Origin: Chiloscyllium plagiosum
Taxonomy: Eukaryota
Direction: 5' to 3'
Assembly: GCF_004010195.1 (NCBI RefSeq)
Contig: NC_057718.1
Coordinates: 78,294,935-78,358,934, forward strand
DNA length: 64,000 nucleotides
Shown here: positions 48,880 to 62,671 of the stretch, piece after piece
Numbering within the stretch: position 1 is the first letter of the stretch
How the letters are laid out: each line of letters begins with the position of its first letter
Notes under the pieces: model-generated
What the model was told of the DNA's origin: nothing
Database searches by the model: none
What the model saw: only the letters and a program-made list of their open reading frames with translations
Made by a program: the position numbers and the translations under genes

Positions 48880-50775
48880 GCTGTGATTAAGATAGTTATT
48901 TAAAAACAGTGATTGTAAAAGCTTCTATAGAAATGTGGGAAAGGATTAGGCAGAGACTAATCCTTTATAGGCAGAGACAGGAGAATTTATGTTAAGAGAA
49001 TTGGCAAAGAAGCTAAATAAATCTCTCTGAAATATTAAGGTTCAAGGGTCAGGTGTGTTGAACTGCAATAAATTAGTATTAGCAAAAACAAAGCAGTTTA
49101 AGACAACTTAACAGAACTAAGTTGAAGACCCCAGGACCTGTTTACCCTCATACTTGTGTTGAAAAAGCTGATTACTGACAATGGATGCAATAGTGATGCA
49201 TAAGTGTTTCATCTTTTAAACTTTTAGCAATTGTTCATGCTGCCTGAATTTGAGCTTGAATGTAGCCCCATTGTTTAAGGAAGGTGTGTGTGAAAAGAGA
49301 GCTACAGAGGCAGCACAGTGGCAGTGGTTAGCACTGCTGCCTCACAGCGCCAGAGGCTCCGGTTCAATTCCCGCCTCAGGCGACTGACTGTGTGGAGTTT
49401 GCGCATTCTCCCCGCCTGCTCCGGTTTCCTCCCACATTCCAAAGATGTGCAGATTAGGTGAATTGGCCATGCTAAATTACTTGTAGTGTTAGGTGCATGG
49501 GGTAAATGTAGGGGAATGGGTCTGGGTGGGCCTGGCTGGTCAGTGTGGGATTGTTGGGCCGAAGGGCCTGTTTCCACACTAAGTAATCTTATCATCTAAT
49601 CTGTTGACCTCATGTCAGTAATCAAGAAAATATCAGCATCTATTAGTAAGATGTGGTTAGTAGATGTTTAGAAAGCAACTAGCCAGTTGGACAATGTCAA
49701 TAAGGATTTACGAAGGTGAAATCACATTTCAAAAACCTGATGGAACATTTAAGGATGTTACAAACACAATTTAAGATAAATCAATGGATATGATTTATTT
49801 GGATTTTCAGAAGGTTTTAGCTGAAACTCTCATGAGGTTAGTGTAAACAATTAAATCCCATTGGGATTGGAAATAACATACAGGGGTTGAGGATTGTTTA
49901 ATGGGAAGAAAACAGTAGAAATGGGTCATTGAGCTGTGACCAGTGGGGTACTAAAAATATCGGTCCTTGGGCCATGCTGTTCGTTCTGTCAATGATTAGA
50001 TGCACTAGTCAATTAGAATATTTCAAAGTTTGTCAAGTGATTTGGGGAAATTGAGCATTGAGGAGGATGCAAAGAGCCTTGAAGGGAATTTTGATGGGCT
50101 GAGTGGGTAAGAGCATGGTAGATGGAATATAATGTAAGTGCAAGGGTAACCATTCTAGTCGGGAGAATAAAGGTGCAGTGCATTTCTTAAATTATCAGAC
50201 TGGAAAGTGTTGATGCCCAAAGGGACCTAGGTCTCCTTGTTCATAAGAAAGCACTTTGGAAGGCAAGTAGTGTGTTGTCCATTATTGTAAGAGGATTTGA
50301 GTGCAGAAACAAAGATGTCTTATTTCAATTGTATAGATCACTGAAAGCACAACTGAATTATAGCAAGGATATATTTGATAGAGGGAGCACAGTGCGAACT
50401 CACTAATTTGATTCCTGAGATGATGAAACTGCTCTTCAGGTTTGGGAAAACTGGCCCTGTGTTCTCTGGGGTTCGGAAGAATGAGAGGCTATCTCGTAGA
50501 AATGTGAATTCTTTTAAGGATTAATAGATGCAGAAAGGATGTTTCCTTTAGCTGTGGGGTCTAGAACCAAGGTATGGAGTCTCGGAATAAAAGATATTTA
50601 GCACTGAAGTGAGGATGAAGTTCTTCGATTTCTCAACCCCAGGGGGCTATAGAAACTTAAAGTTTACAGTCAAAACTTTCTAGTTACTATCTAGGGATAG
50701 TGTGAGAATATTATGTTTTAGATGACCATGATCAAGGATAGTGGAGTAGGTTCAAGAGACCTCACCTGCTCATGT
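48880..50775 (+). mobile_element. Highly decayed CR1 LINE with nested SINE
   Basis: atttatttggattttcagaagg (YLDFQK), gtgaccagtggggtac (VTSGV), tcaaagtttg; interrupted at 49309. Confidence 0.7.
49309..49601 (+). mobile_element. HE1-type V-SINE
   Basis: ggcagcacagtggcagtggttagc...ggttcaattcccgcc...gggccgaagggcctgtttccacac...taatc. Confidence 0.9.
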
Positions 50776-51723
50776 GCCTAATTGTCATATCTTAGTATTA
50801 ACAGATAATGCACACTAAACTGTTCAGCAAAGTACAGAAAGTTTATACCATTTTTGGTACTTTCACACTCTAGTTTGAGATGTTGCTTCCATGAAAACAC
50901 TGTAGAGGTCAGAGGGGCCAAAGTGGAGAATTCAAATGACAGAGGATCAGGGTTGCATTTGCTGGTAAAGATTGTTACACAAAGCATCCACCCAATCCAT
51001 GTTTTTGCCCAAAAGACTGGCAATTAAATTGGGCACTGCATAGTGATATAGAACACAGTTCAGTACATCAGGTTTGGCAATATATGTGGCGAGAAAACAT
51101 TTAACATTGAGTCGTGATCTTGCTTTGTTTCAGATCTTCACCTACAGTTTATTTAAATTCAGTAAATAGCTTTTCACCTGAAAAGTGTGTTTGGGCTTTT
51201 GGGTGGTGAGCGTGCAGGAGGAGAAATGCCAGGTTGTTCCATCTCTTGGTGCTTGATGATGTTGTAGGGAGGGGTTAGCAAATGTGTCACAATGTAAATG
51301 GTTACATCCAAAGTCTGGGAGAGGACGGAAAAAGGTGCTTGATAGCAGCACCACAATGGACTTAGAACAGATGTCACGTTCTCCAGCCTTAATGAAAAGC
51401 TGCTACCCTGAAGTGTCCTCTGCTTCAGCAAAAGGTCATTGACTTGACCTAATGAACTGTTGGCTTCTCATACATACGATCAGATTTGTGTACTTGCAGA
51501 AGTTTCTGCTTTTAGGTCACCACTACTGTTGTGTTTCATAGAGCATACTTCCAACCTATTGTCTTTGCTTGTTTATTCCTTGTGTTGGTTGAATAGGGGG
51601 CAGATAGGGCTGAACTGTCACATCAAAAAGCTGGTCAGCAATTGATCCTGCTACTGTTCTAAAACCGTGCACTTTGTGAATGTTCTAGTTTAATAATCCA
51701 AGTTATCTCATTTATTTTTGAAG

Positions 51724-51898
51724 CTGAACATCTGCCGTGGTTTAAATGAATGTGGGAAGATAGGCACCAAGACAGCAACTGGATGTGAGATAGATGGACA
51801 GAAACCAAAACATCCGGTTGGATTGGAAACATCACTCCAAGTTTCCACTGATGGTCTTATAACTCTTATGTACAAAGGTGCATTGGAAGCAGAATCAG
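51724..51898 (+). CDS. IGF2R: IGF2R exon 14 of window, domain 7
   Basis: gaag|CTG...G|gtaggg; LNICRGLNECGKIGTKTATGCEIDGQKPKHPVGLETSLQVSTDGLITLMYKGALEAES; 175 nt; phase 0/1. Confidence 0.94.
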
Positions 51899-52537
51899 GT
51901 AGGGCATGCTTGGACATAGTTGCAGAGCATTGTGTAGAATGTCTTGGAACTGGCCATTTGACTTAAATGATGTATTAATTTGTTTATGCTCTGTCTGAGC
52001 TTTGTTCCACCCATCACTATATAAGTCTCAGCATAACTCTTCCCCTTTGTGTAAGTATTAGTGGATGTGGCTAAAATGGTGTCCACATTGGCCTACTTGT
52101 GACTGATCAGTAATGTCTTTCGAATAAGACTGATTTTGTTATAAATTATCTCACATTTGCTCCAATACATAATTTTCCATCTCCCCAAGTTGATTTTCTA
52201 ATTAGCTAACCTCCTAACGTGTCTAGTGTTCATACTTAAACACTTTGTTCACTCTGATCACCAGATACCCTGGTCCCCACCATATTTTGAATAGACTATT
52301 AACAGGCCAATTATTGAGCATTTAGCCATTAGACTTCAATTATTGTAAGGTCAAATATGACTTTACGGATAATTTTAACCTTTCATCTCTACCAATTAAA
52401 TGTGCTTATTTTTTTCTTTTTATTTTTTCCATTTGAGCAATTATTAGTCTTGTACAAGATAAATAGTTGAAAGCTTTAATATTTCACTGTGTGAATGTTC
52501 TTGTAATGTGAGAAGTTCTTGCTGTTGTAATATGCAG

Positions 52538-52708
52538 GCCTCCGAGATACATTTATCATCTATTTTGTCTGTGACACTACTTCGTATCCTGGAAAGCTCA
52601 AGTTTCTGCGAGAAGAAATTAGCACTACAACAGCTGTTCATGACACCTACTTTGAATTTTATACGGCATTGGCCTGTTTTCCAGCTCCTGTGAACTGCCT
52701 TGTCAGTG
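52538..52708 (+). CDS. IGF2R: IGF2R exon 15 of window, domain 7/8 junction
   Basis: gcag|GC...G|gtaagc; LRDTFIIYFVCDTTSYPGKLKFLREEISTTTAVHDTYFEFYTALACFPAPVNCLVS; 171 nt. Confidence 0.95.
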
Positions 52709-53602
52709 GTAAGCAAGTGATTTGATGATTCATTAACTAGAAGATGGTAAATATTCTTTGAACCACCCACAAAATCAGAAATGCATTTGATTTATTGAGG
52801 TTTTCTCATTACATGAAACTGGACAAATCTGCATTCTAATTTGTATCATGCTGCTTAAATATTATGAATTATGAGATCATAAAGACTAAACTTTTTGCAT
52901 TTCATAATAAACAACAATTTATTGTAATCAGTTAACACATTTTAAGTTACGCCAAGAGTTGCGTCACAATATAATCTAATGAGTAAAGTTTACTGTGAGA
53001 TTTATTTTTATACTCTATCTACTTGGAGTGGGGGGATACACTAAGTCTTGTGATGACACTCTTCTTTCAATCATAGGTTATAAGCATCACTGACTAGTTC
53101 AGAATTTATTGCCCATGCCTAAATATTCTTAAAATTGTGGATGCGAGCTGACTCGTAAACCACTGGAGTCATTAGGGTGTGGGGTTAAATGGAGTTTCAA
53201 GATTTTGATCCAGTGACTGATGCAGCAATGGTTTAAAGTCAGGATGGAATGAGATTTACATGGGAATTTGGAGGTGGTGCTATTCCTATGCATCTGCTGA
53301 CCTTGCCCTTGGTGGTAGTGGTCATTGCTTGGGAAGTGTTGTGAAAAGAGCCTGGGTGTGTTGAAGTGTGCATGTTGGAGGTGGTCTATGCTGCTGCATT
53401 TGTGCTTCAGTAATGGCAGGGATCGTGCCTTGAAGAAACACCTTTATACTTTCGAGCAGGGGCCTGTGTTCTGGCAGTATGCTTCACAATATAAATTATT
53501 AGATAATATATTTAGCATTAGACAAAACAGTACTATTTGGGTCAAATAAATAGTCAGTAAATGGATACGGTATTATTGGCTGGTTTTATTTTTTTGTTTC
53601 AG

Positions 53603-53746
53603 ATATAGCTGGTAATGAATATGATCTGAGTGACCTTGCCAGGGACAAAGAACCTTGGGTTGCAGTAGACACGACGGAAGATAGAAGTAAACGTACATTT
53701 TATCTAAATGTTTGTAAGCCTTTGCCTTCAGTTCAGGGCTGTCCAG
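53603..53746 (+). CDS. IGF2R: IGF2R exon 16 of window, domain 8
   Basis: tcag|AT...G|gtgagt; [47 protein letters not shown]; 144 nt. Confidence 0.96.
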
Positions 53747-54485
53747 GTGAGTGTAAACATATACAGATCATTGTTTTTGTTGATGAATAACTTTTGTTTG
53801 TTGATGCAGCATAGCACACCAACTGTGCAGTAAGAAAATTAGATGGCGATCAGAAAACGTTTTGGAAGGATTTGTTTTTATGAGCATAATAAACATTGTT
53901 TAGACCTAATCTGTATGCTTGGCAGTAGCTCTTAAAGAGTAACGGTTTTAGCTTAAAAGACCATTAAATGATGTGATACAAGTTTAAGAATGTCAATCAG
54001 GCAATAACTCAATGCAAGTCACTAATTCCTTCCATCGTGAAACAGGAAAAGAAAGTTGGCTCCTACTTCGAGGAAGTCAGCTTTCACCCTGGTCAATGAA
54101 GTGTGCAGTTTCTCGAGTTACTGTCACCATAGGTTGCGTTGTATCCTCAACCATGGCTTCTGCTTACATAGTCATAACTACCTCATTTCCTACTGCCTTC
54201 CACCATCATCTCCCCCTCACGTGAAGGGAGCTGTGGGGAAAACTGGAATCGCAATGGGGGGGGAGAAGGAGAGTGAGACAGTGCTGAGGTCATTGAGAAG
54301 AAGCAGGGGAGCTGAACGAGCATTAAAGAGCCTCAGGAAGGATCTGTGGAGGGAGGTGGCAGGAGGATATAAGTGAACCAGTTAATGTTTGTTTATATTA
54401 AATGCTTTCTGTAAATCTATTGTCTCAAAATATTATCGCGCACAACAGGAGCTCATTGTATTGGGTAATAGCACAGATTGAGGAT

Positions 54486-56128
54486 AGAGTCTGTCATAGA
54501 GATGTACAGCATGGAAACAGACTCTTCAATCCAACCTGTCCATGCCAACCAGATATTCCAACCCAATCTAGTCCCACTTGCCAGCACCCCGGCCCATATC
54601 CCTCCAAGCCCTTCCTATTCATTTACCCATCCAGATGCCTTTTACATGTTGCAATTGTACCAGTCTTCACCACTTCCTCTGGCAGCTCATTCCATATACA
54701 TACCACCCTTTGTGGAAAAAAGTTGCCCCTTAAGTCTCTTTTATATCTTTCCCCTCTCACCTTAAGCCTATGCCCTCTAGTTCTGGACTCCCCCCACCCC
54801 AGACTTTTGTCTATTTATCCTATCCACGCCCCTCAATTTTGTAAACTACTTTAAGATTGCCCCTCAGCCTCCGATGCTCCAGGGAAAACAGCCCCAGCCT
54901 GTTCAGCCTCTCCCCATAGCTCAAATCCTCCAACCCTGGCAACATCCTTGCAAATCTTTTCTGAACTCTTTCAAGTTTCACAACATCTTTCTGATAGGAA
55001 GGAGACCAGAATTGCGCGCAATATTCCAACAGTGGCCTAACCATTGTCCTGTACAGCTGCAACATGACCTCCCAACTCCTGTACTCAATACTCTGACCAA
55101 TAAAAGAAAGCATACCAAACACCACCTTCACTATCCTATCTACCTGCAACTCCACTTTCAACCTGCACTCCAAGGTGTCTTTGTTCAGCAACACTCCCTC
55201 GGACCTTACCATTAAGTGTATAAGTCTTACTAAGGTTTGCTTTCCCAAAATGCTGCACCTTGCATTTATCTGAATTAAACTCCATCTGCCACTTCTCAGC
55301 CTATTGGCCTATTTGATCAAGATCCCATTGTAATCTGAGGTTACCTTCTTCACTGACCACTACACCTCCAATTTTGGTGTCATCTGCAAACCTACTAACT
55401 ATACCTCTATGCTCACATTCAAATCGTTTATGTAAATGACAAAATGTAGATGACCCAGCACTGATCCTTGTGGCACTCCACTGGTCGCAGACTTCCAGTC
55501 TGGAAAAACAGCCTTCCATCACCACCCTCTGTCTTCTACCTTTTGAGACAATTCTGTATCCAAATGGCTAGTTCTCCCTTTATTCTGTGAGATCTAACCT
55601 TGTCAACCAGTCTCCCATGGGGAACCTTGTTGAACGCCTTACTGAAGTTCATATAGATCACATGTACCACTCTGCCCTCATCAGTCCTCTTTGTTACTTC
55701 AAAAAAACTCAATCAAGTTTGAGACATGATCTCCCATGGACAAAAAAATGTTGATTATCCCTAATCTGTCCTTGTCTTTCCAAATATATGTACATCCTGT
55801 CCCTCAGGAATCTCTCCAATAACTTGCCCACCGCTGATGTCAGGCTCACTGGTCTATTGTTCCCTGGCTTGTCCTTACTACCCTTGAAGAGTGGCACCAC
55901 GTTAGCCAACCTCCAGTCTTCTGGCACCTCAACTGTGACTATTGATACAAATATCTCAGTAAGAGGCCCAGCAATCACTTCTCTAGCTTCCCACAGAGTT
56001 CTCTGGTACACCTGATCAAATCCTGGGGATTTATCCACCTTTATGCTTTCAGGACATCCAGCACTCCCTCCTCTGTAATATGGATATTTTGCAAGGTGTC
56101 ACCATCTATTTCGCTACTTTTTATATCT
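54486..56128 (-). mobile_element. CR1 LINE, RT to 3' tail
   Basis: DKSPG.DQVY, PGN.RPVSLTS, RFADDTKIGGVV, VRPLLEYCAQFWSP...RVQKRFARMLPGL. Confidence 0.93.
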
Positions 56129-56314
56129 GGTTAACACTGAAAACAATTGGGATTAATGTTATGAGGAAGGGTCATATGACCTGAATGTTAACAGTGCTTT
56201 TTATCCACCTGAGCTTTTCCGCAATTTATATTTTTGTCTGACTTGCAGCATCTGCTGTTCTTTCGGTTTTTATTTGATGTTAATGGGTCTTTTCAGGCTG
56301 GAGTGTAATCAGTG

Positions 56315-56508
56315 AAGTATCTTGCCCACCCCATCATAATCTTTATTTTCAGATCTGATTCTCTGGACTCTGACAATAGGCAGTCACCTTCCCCTCCACA
56401 TAGAACATAGAACAATACAGCAAGTATCTTGCCCACCCCATCATAATCTTTATTTTCAGATCTGATTCTCTGGACTCTGACAATAGGCAGTCACCTTCCC
56501 CTCCACAT
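56315..56508. repeat. Perfect 87-bp direct duplication enclosing a 20-nt CR1 tail
   Basis: 56315-56401 = 56422-56508; spacer agaacatagaacaatacagc. Confidence 0.93.
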
Positions 56509-59500
56509 CATTCAAAATGAATGCTTACATGTCAATGAGGGCCATGCCATTAATACGCTTCCAGTAGATCGTATCATTGTCATATTTGAGAAGGAATGCC
56601 ACCTTTCCCTGTCTGGCTGCACTTGCTGCTACTTGCCTTGCCACTGTGGTGGTGATGCAACCCTTTTAAATCATAGCATCCTGATCTGGCAGCTTCTCCT
56701 TCGAGCATCTTGCTGGTTCCTCCCCTTGTACCTGCCTTCTAAAATCAATGTTCTGTCTCACATCCAATGTTGCTACAAGAATGTTGCAGAAACACCTTTT
56801 TTCTTCTCCCTTTTTCACCAAACAACCTCTCATCTTTCATATTCATAGCGTTGATTGCAGCACTTGTTCTATTTTGAGTTTACTGCCTACCTTTCCACCC
56901 TAAATCTGTCTCCTTCTCAATCCTTGATGGTCACCTGACCTTATTTCATGCAGCTATACTATTCAGTGCTACTGGAGAAAATCTCCAATAACTTTCTTGC
57001 ATCAAATCCTGTCCGTAATTTCTACTCTTTTTCTATTATCCTGAAGTAGCTCTATTAGGTCATTTACACTTTCAAATGCAAATTATTTTAGCCATTTCTG
57101 GTGAGTGACATTTCTGCACCTTCTGAATAGCTTGCTGTCACTGTTATACTCAAACAATTAGACTTTCTCTCCTGGGTTGGTCCTGAGATATGCTTCTCAC
57201 ACCCCTCCCCCCTCCATCTTTTTCTCAAACCATTGATCGTAAATTTGAAAGTCTTTGACAGACATCTAGTATAACCATTCATCACCACATCTGAGTCTGT
57301 AATGAGCATTTTCATTCTCTGTCCGTTAAAATTATTGACAATTTCAAGATTACCTAGGAAGGCAACAGTACCAGTCACTACTATTATTTGCTGTACGGCT
57401 TGTCTACCTCGACTAGCCTCATCTTCTGTAAGTTCACGAACATCTTTGTAACAAAGATTGAGACTGTTAGTTCAGTTTCCACTGAGCTCAACCCATCTTT
57501 TGTCAATGAGACCCATCTTGTTCTCTGGATTCCAACCACCCAACTTGCCTTGCTGGCTGTCATTTCACTTGAGCTTGACAGTTTCCCCTCCTCAGGTGCT
57601 GTCGTCTCTTTCAGATCTGCCTTCCTCTTTCCTCTTAAAAACCAACCCTTGCCCCAACTTCAACCTCCCTTTCCCCTCAAACCTTGCACGCATTAGCATC
57701 CTTAAACATGTTTGAATTCCTTCAGTCAAGTTTCTGCTGCGGTCATAGTTCTAATTAATTCATGAATGCATCCCAGTTGGCTGAAAAAAGTAGACTATCC
57801 CTATCATTCTCTACTGAATTACTGCTTTTGACTCTATTGACATCTGCCCCTCCACTCTATCTGGGTGGTAGTAGTATATTGACCTGGTTCAGTTCTTTCC
57901 AGTCCAGTCAAAGCCAGAGCATAAACAATGGCCTCTTGTTAATCCGACAAGGAACTTGTCATTGCGACCGTAGTTTCTCCTCTGTGCTGTCCCTGATGTC
58001 GTGCAATATTTTAAACCAACACTCAATACAGGATGTTTTCTTTGAACATTAAACAGCCCTTATTTTACATCAATGGAAAGGCAATCTCTCCCAGTAAACC
58101 AGGAGACTACCTCAAGAGTTTCAATTGCAACATGTATTATTAACCACAATTTGAAAGTATGCAGATATTCTTAAATTCTTGAAGCTGCTGGAAAATTTGT
58201 TTATAATTACCTTAAAAGCTGCCTCAGGCAGAATAGGTGAATTCATCCAAACATTGCTGACAATTCAGCACCTTAACATGTTATAATATGGTGGACATTT
58301 TATTAAGAAAACTGAGGTGTGCAGTTCAGTTAAGGTGCCAGCTGAAATAATTCATTCTCTGCCGATTTAATTGGCAAATGTTTTTTGATGCAAGTCGTCC
58401 CTACCCCTTTCTACTTCTGGACAAAAATGCTGTATGTTATAGTTTTCCTCAACCAGGGAAGAGCATGCACCTGCTGTGGGGAATTTGTTTCTACTCTTCA
58501 AACTCCTTTATCAGCTTTCACTAATTTTAGTGCTTGGTCAGAGAAAATTACTCTTCCAATGTTTCAAAATTCCAGTCTCTCTTTCTCAACCATCAATTTG
58601 TACCAATAATCATTTGATGTAAGTGAACAACTTATCCAAAGTTAGAGGTTCACCAGGATGCTAAGATAGAATTTGAAAGTTCACCCTGACTAGAAAATGA
58701 AATTCCAAATGTAACAATTCAATTTGAAAAATTCTGAAGTTAGCCATTTGATTAAAACCGTTCCCCTTAAATATAAAACAGAATGGTACAGCATTTGTAG
58801 GAAAAAAGAAACTACAATTGTTTTGATTTTTACTTCTATTTGTTTAGATGCGATCATAATTTAATAACTGAGGTGAAGTCTCCAGAAAATCTTCAACATT
58901 GTGACTAAATGTTTTAAACTGGTTTAACATCTCAACCATAATATACGTATGAGACACCAAGTAACCAACCAAGGAATAAAACCGCATGCAAGAGCAAACC
59001 ACAACTGAAGTTTAGTTTGGTGACTTGCAGATGCTTAGCAATTGCATTCAAATAGAAAAGATTCATTATGCTTTCTTAGATCCGCAATGTACAAATTTGG
59101 CTATTTTTCCTTTTAATTTCAAAATTGTAAGTTCTCTCAGGGTAACCTCCTGGTGTTTAACTGTTAATGTTTCTTGGTATCTTATCACTGCTATGTGAGC
59201 TTTGCATTTGTTTTGTTACTTGCCATCAGATTTTGCATAATTTGTAGTGCATTTAAAGGCAGTAGCTTTGTGCAGACTGCTCTGTATTGTGGTTGTTGAC
59301 AGTTCTGCACCTAAATCTTAAAATATGACCCTGTCTCTGCGAACTATTTATTGCCTGATCTTTTTGCTGCAATTGTTCGAAGTTCTTTGCATGATGGAAA
59401 AATTCACTCCTTTGTTTACTTGCCTGAATTACTGTGGTCCAAGCACTGACATCAGTTTTACCTACTGTGGCATCTGTCTGAGATGTATATTTCAAATTTT

Positions 59501-59960
59501 TAACGTCTGCATTCTTGGATTATGTTCCATTCATATCTTTACTGCCGTTCACATTAATCAATTAGTTGCTTTGTTTTATTGGGTTTGGATATTACTTTTC
59601 ATTGTAAACATGGCTCATTTTTCTGACTGAGCATCCAAAGGGATGCAAGTTTTTGAGAAGTATTGACACGAGGGGGGAGTATACCTAAAATGGAATCAAT
59701 GTCTTGGTCATTTCTGAAACCCTTGCCATCATTGCAGCATGTTGGCTTAACTGTGGAGAGAACAGAATCCGTGTTATATATAATGCCTATGTTTGTCTGT
59801 TATCAGCAGCAAAGATGGTTCATTACCAATAAATTGGTTGGCTGGGATCTGCAGTTTCTTCCAGTTTATATGAACCAGTATTTTGATGAAAGATCTCAAA
59901 CTTGTGTGAAAATAAGTATGTAAGCAAAAGATTTTCTTCAAATTAAATTATGTTGCACAG

Positions 59961-60136
59961 GTGGTGCTATTGGATCTTGTGTCAAGTATGCTGATAAAAG
60001 CCAGAGTCTGGGCTATATTCAGATGAGTCCAAGGGCTGAGACTGGTTCACTCAGTATTGTCTATTTGAATGGGGATAATTGCAACGACCATCAGAAATAT
60101 TCTACACGAATCCTCTTCCAGTGTGACACAATCTCA
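59961..60136 (+). CDS. IGF2R: IGF2R exon 17 of window, domain 8
   Basis: acag|GT...TCA|gtaagt; GAIGSCVKYADKSQSLGYIQMSPRAETGSLSIVYLNGDNCNDHQKYSTRILFQCDTIS; 176 nt. Confidence 0.96.
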
Positions 60137-61727
60137 GTAAGTTTGTATTTTTTTTAAAACATACACAAACTTATCACTAACACATTTTAATCCTTGCCAA
60201 ACTTTTTCTCGATGTTGACCCCAATTTATTGCCCCAGATATCACATCCCATGTGAAATTTTGGCATACACGTGTAGGAATTGGGTTGCTTTTAGTTGTGA
60301 GGAGGGGCAGGATAGGCTTTAGCTGTCTAGAGTAGAGTTGTTGCCTTTACAGCATTATTTTCCTTCATGCACAAAGGAATATGCTTTATATACAATCCAA
60401 TCGAAAATCCTGACTTTTGGAATTTAAGGGTGCAGCTGCCAGTGTTTTTAGATTGTGGTGTTTTTGGTCATATTTTAGCGCTAATTAAGAACAATGATCC
60501 AGTATGCAGTCACTAAAACTCTGCAACTCGTTATTTGAAATTTAGCCTCAGCGTGTTACCCGCAGATGTAAAAAACTAATTTTACTGAAAAGCTTGCCTT
60601 TCGAGCCCTTTGTAGCAGAATTCTGATCTCAAAGGGATCTATCTGTTGGGCCGTCACCGCAAAGAGAAAATGACAAGTGTTTAATGGGGCCTTGCAGTTG
60701 TTAATATTCAGTCATTGTTGCCCAGGAGTTTTGTCTTACAAAATCTCAGCTCATAGTTTGGAAAGCTCTGCTTTTGATCTTTACAAAAAATACATAATTA
60801 TTACATTTAGTGAATAGTCCAACTTGGAACTGCCATTTAATATTAAGAGGTAGATATCTATACAGACCTAATTTTATTGCAGTCGTTTGAAGCATTAATG
60901 TTTGTGATGTGGATGTCTCTCATTCAGAAGCCCATGAGTCTGCTGGAGCCTTTGAATCAAGCTACTCAGACCTGTATTAATGTGTGCTTGCTGGTCATAG
61001 TGCTTAATTTGCATATGCACAAAGGAACCTGGGGGGGTATGGATTAGTAATAGCTTGGTTTCAGTAATTGCTTACAATTATAAGACTAAAGCTAAATTGG
61101 TTAAAACTTTTTCAGATTGTCAATGCAGTTAATTTGTCTAAACATGTATTTCTTGTTAATATCTCTAACAGCCCTTTCAATGCTGTTGTGTGCTCAACTG
61201 TAGCCAGGCAAATGGAAGCACAGGCATTTTGTTCATCTGACAGGACATATCTTCCCTGTTTTGCTAATTGGATTTTACTACTAAGTAGCAGAAACCTAAT
61301 TAAAAAACTGAAATATTTGTCACTCTTTATTTTCAACTAAATGATCCAAACTTTTGTTTTTGAGAGCCATCACATCGAAGTTAGTTTGTTACTCTGCATA
61401 TAAAGATTACCTTTTAGATCGCCCCCTGTTGCGTTTCTGTTTTGAGGAAGGAAAATTCAGCTACCCTCATCAACTTCATAAAATCACACAGGACAGAAGT
61501 AGTATCTGGGCCTGTTATATCAATCCCCACTGCTTGAAGTGGTATCCAATCAATCCTGCATGCTAGCTATTTCTCTAACTTTGCAAAACGTTCCTTTTTC
61601 AAGTCTGTTCAGGATTCTTTTTTGTATTGATTCTTCTTCCTTTCCTCTTATCTGTAACCATTGCATCAAGTACATCTGAGAGAGTATGTGAAATTTAGGA
61701 TAATAATTGTATTGTTTTTCCCCATAG

Positions 61728-61815
61728 GGTTCTCCAATATTTCAGGAAATGGATGAGTGTGAATTTCTTTTTGTGTGGAGAACTCCAGCTGCTTGTCCAA
61801 TTCGCAGAACTGAAG
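61728..61815 (+). CDS. IGF2R: IGF2R exon 18 of window (~human exon 26), end of domain 8
   Basis: atag|GGT...G|gtaaaa; GSPIFQEMDECEFLFVWRTPAACPIRRTE; 88 nt; gene continues beyond the window. Confidence 0.96.
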
Positions 61816-62636
61816 GTAAAATTTGATAATATAGTTTAGTCATGAAAAGCATATGGCAAAAATTTAGAGTTTTTGAATTGCTTGTCCATCATGAATCAAC
61901 TCCAAAGATAATCTTGAGAGTTCAGAGTATCAAGAGGTCAATGTCAGTGCTGGCTATTCTTTGATCTTTCTCGTCAGCATTCAATCCAGTCTTACCAATC
62001 TTTGATATTCTGATTTAAACAATAAACAGATGAAATATGGGTAGACTTGTATAAGTGGGGCATTATGTTAGGTTCTGTTAATACTGGAAATAAAACACCG
62101 GTTTTAAAGTGGCTTTGGGAGGTTGGAAGAGTGCCAGAAAATGAAATTCAAAGCATAGATCCCTTTTTAATGTTTATAAAACAAAATTGCTTTAGGCATT
62201 TGATATTGAATTATGCCTGTATGTTGGTTATTTGGCCTTGAGAAGATGGGCATAGCAACCTAGAAAATGGTTTTTCTGGGGTTCACCATTTTCCTGCAGT
62301 ACAGAAGCTAAGGTTAATTATTTGCTACTCCTACCATGCACCCAACTCAACCCATTTAACACCACCATCTATTTTACTGTCTTACTTAAATAAGGAACTG
62401 AGTTTGTGTTCTAGGTTTGTAACTAAGTGGATGGTGTATTTACGTAGACACAGGAGATTGCTAAGGTTCTAACACATTCCTCCCATGACTGAACTTTGAC
62501 TCTGCCACCATCCCTTCATGCATCTTTCTCCAGAATGTCTGTTCACTTAGGGGCAAGGTCTTTTCTAACAGAGAACAAGTAATGAAGTTAGAAATCACAG
62601 AACACCAGGTTATAGTCCAACAGGTTTATTTGAAAG

Positions 62637-62671
62637 CACTAGCTTTCGGAATGCTGCTCCTTCATCAGGTG
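62637..62671 (-). ncRNA. Minimal hammerhead ribozyme motif (antisense)
   Basis: Minus strand cac-CUGAUGA-A-GGAG-cagca-UUCC-GAAA-G-CUA-gug; AGCU palindrome. Confidence 0.72.

Noticed and set aside
51365..51520. Additional hammerhead-like remnants (also 56160-56275; tail only at 10483-10563)
   Set aside because: Probably old Penelope termini, but the catalytic core is missing or too degenerate to call.
56315..56508. CRISPR-like repeat-spacer unit
   Set aside because: Only two 87-bp repeats, the spacer is a LINE tail, eukaryotic context and no cas genes.
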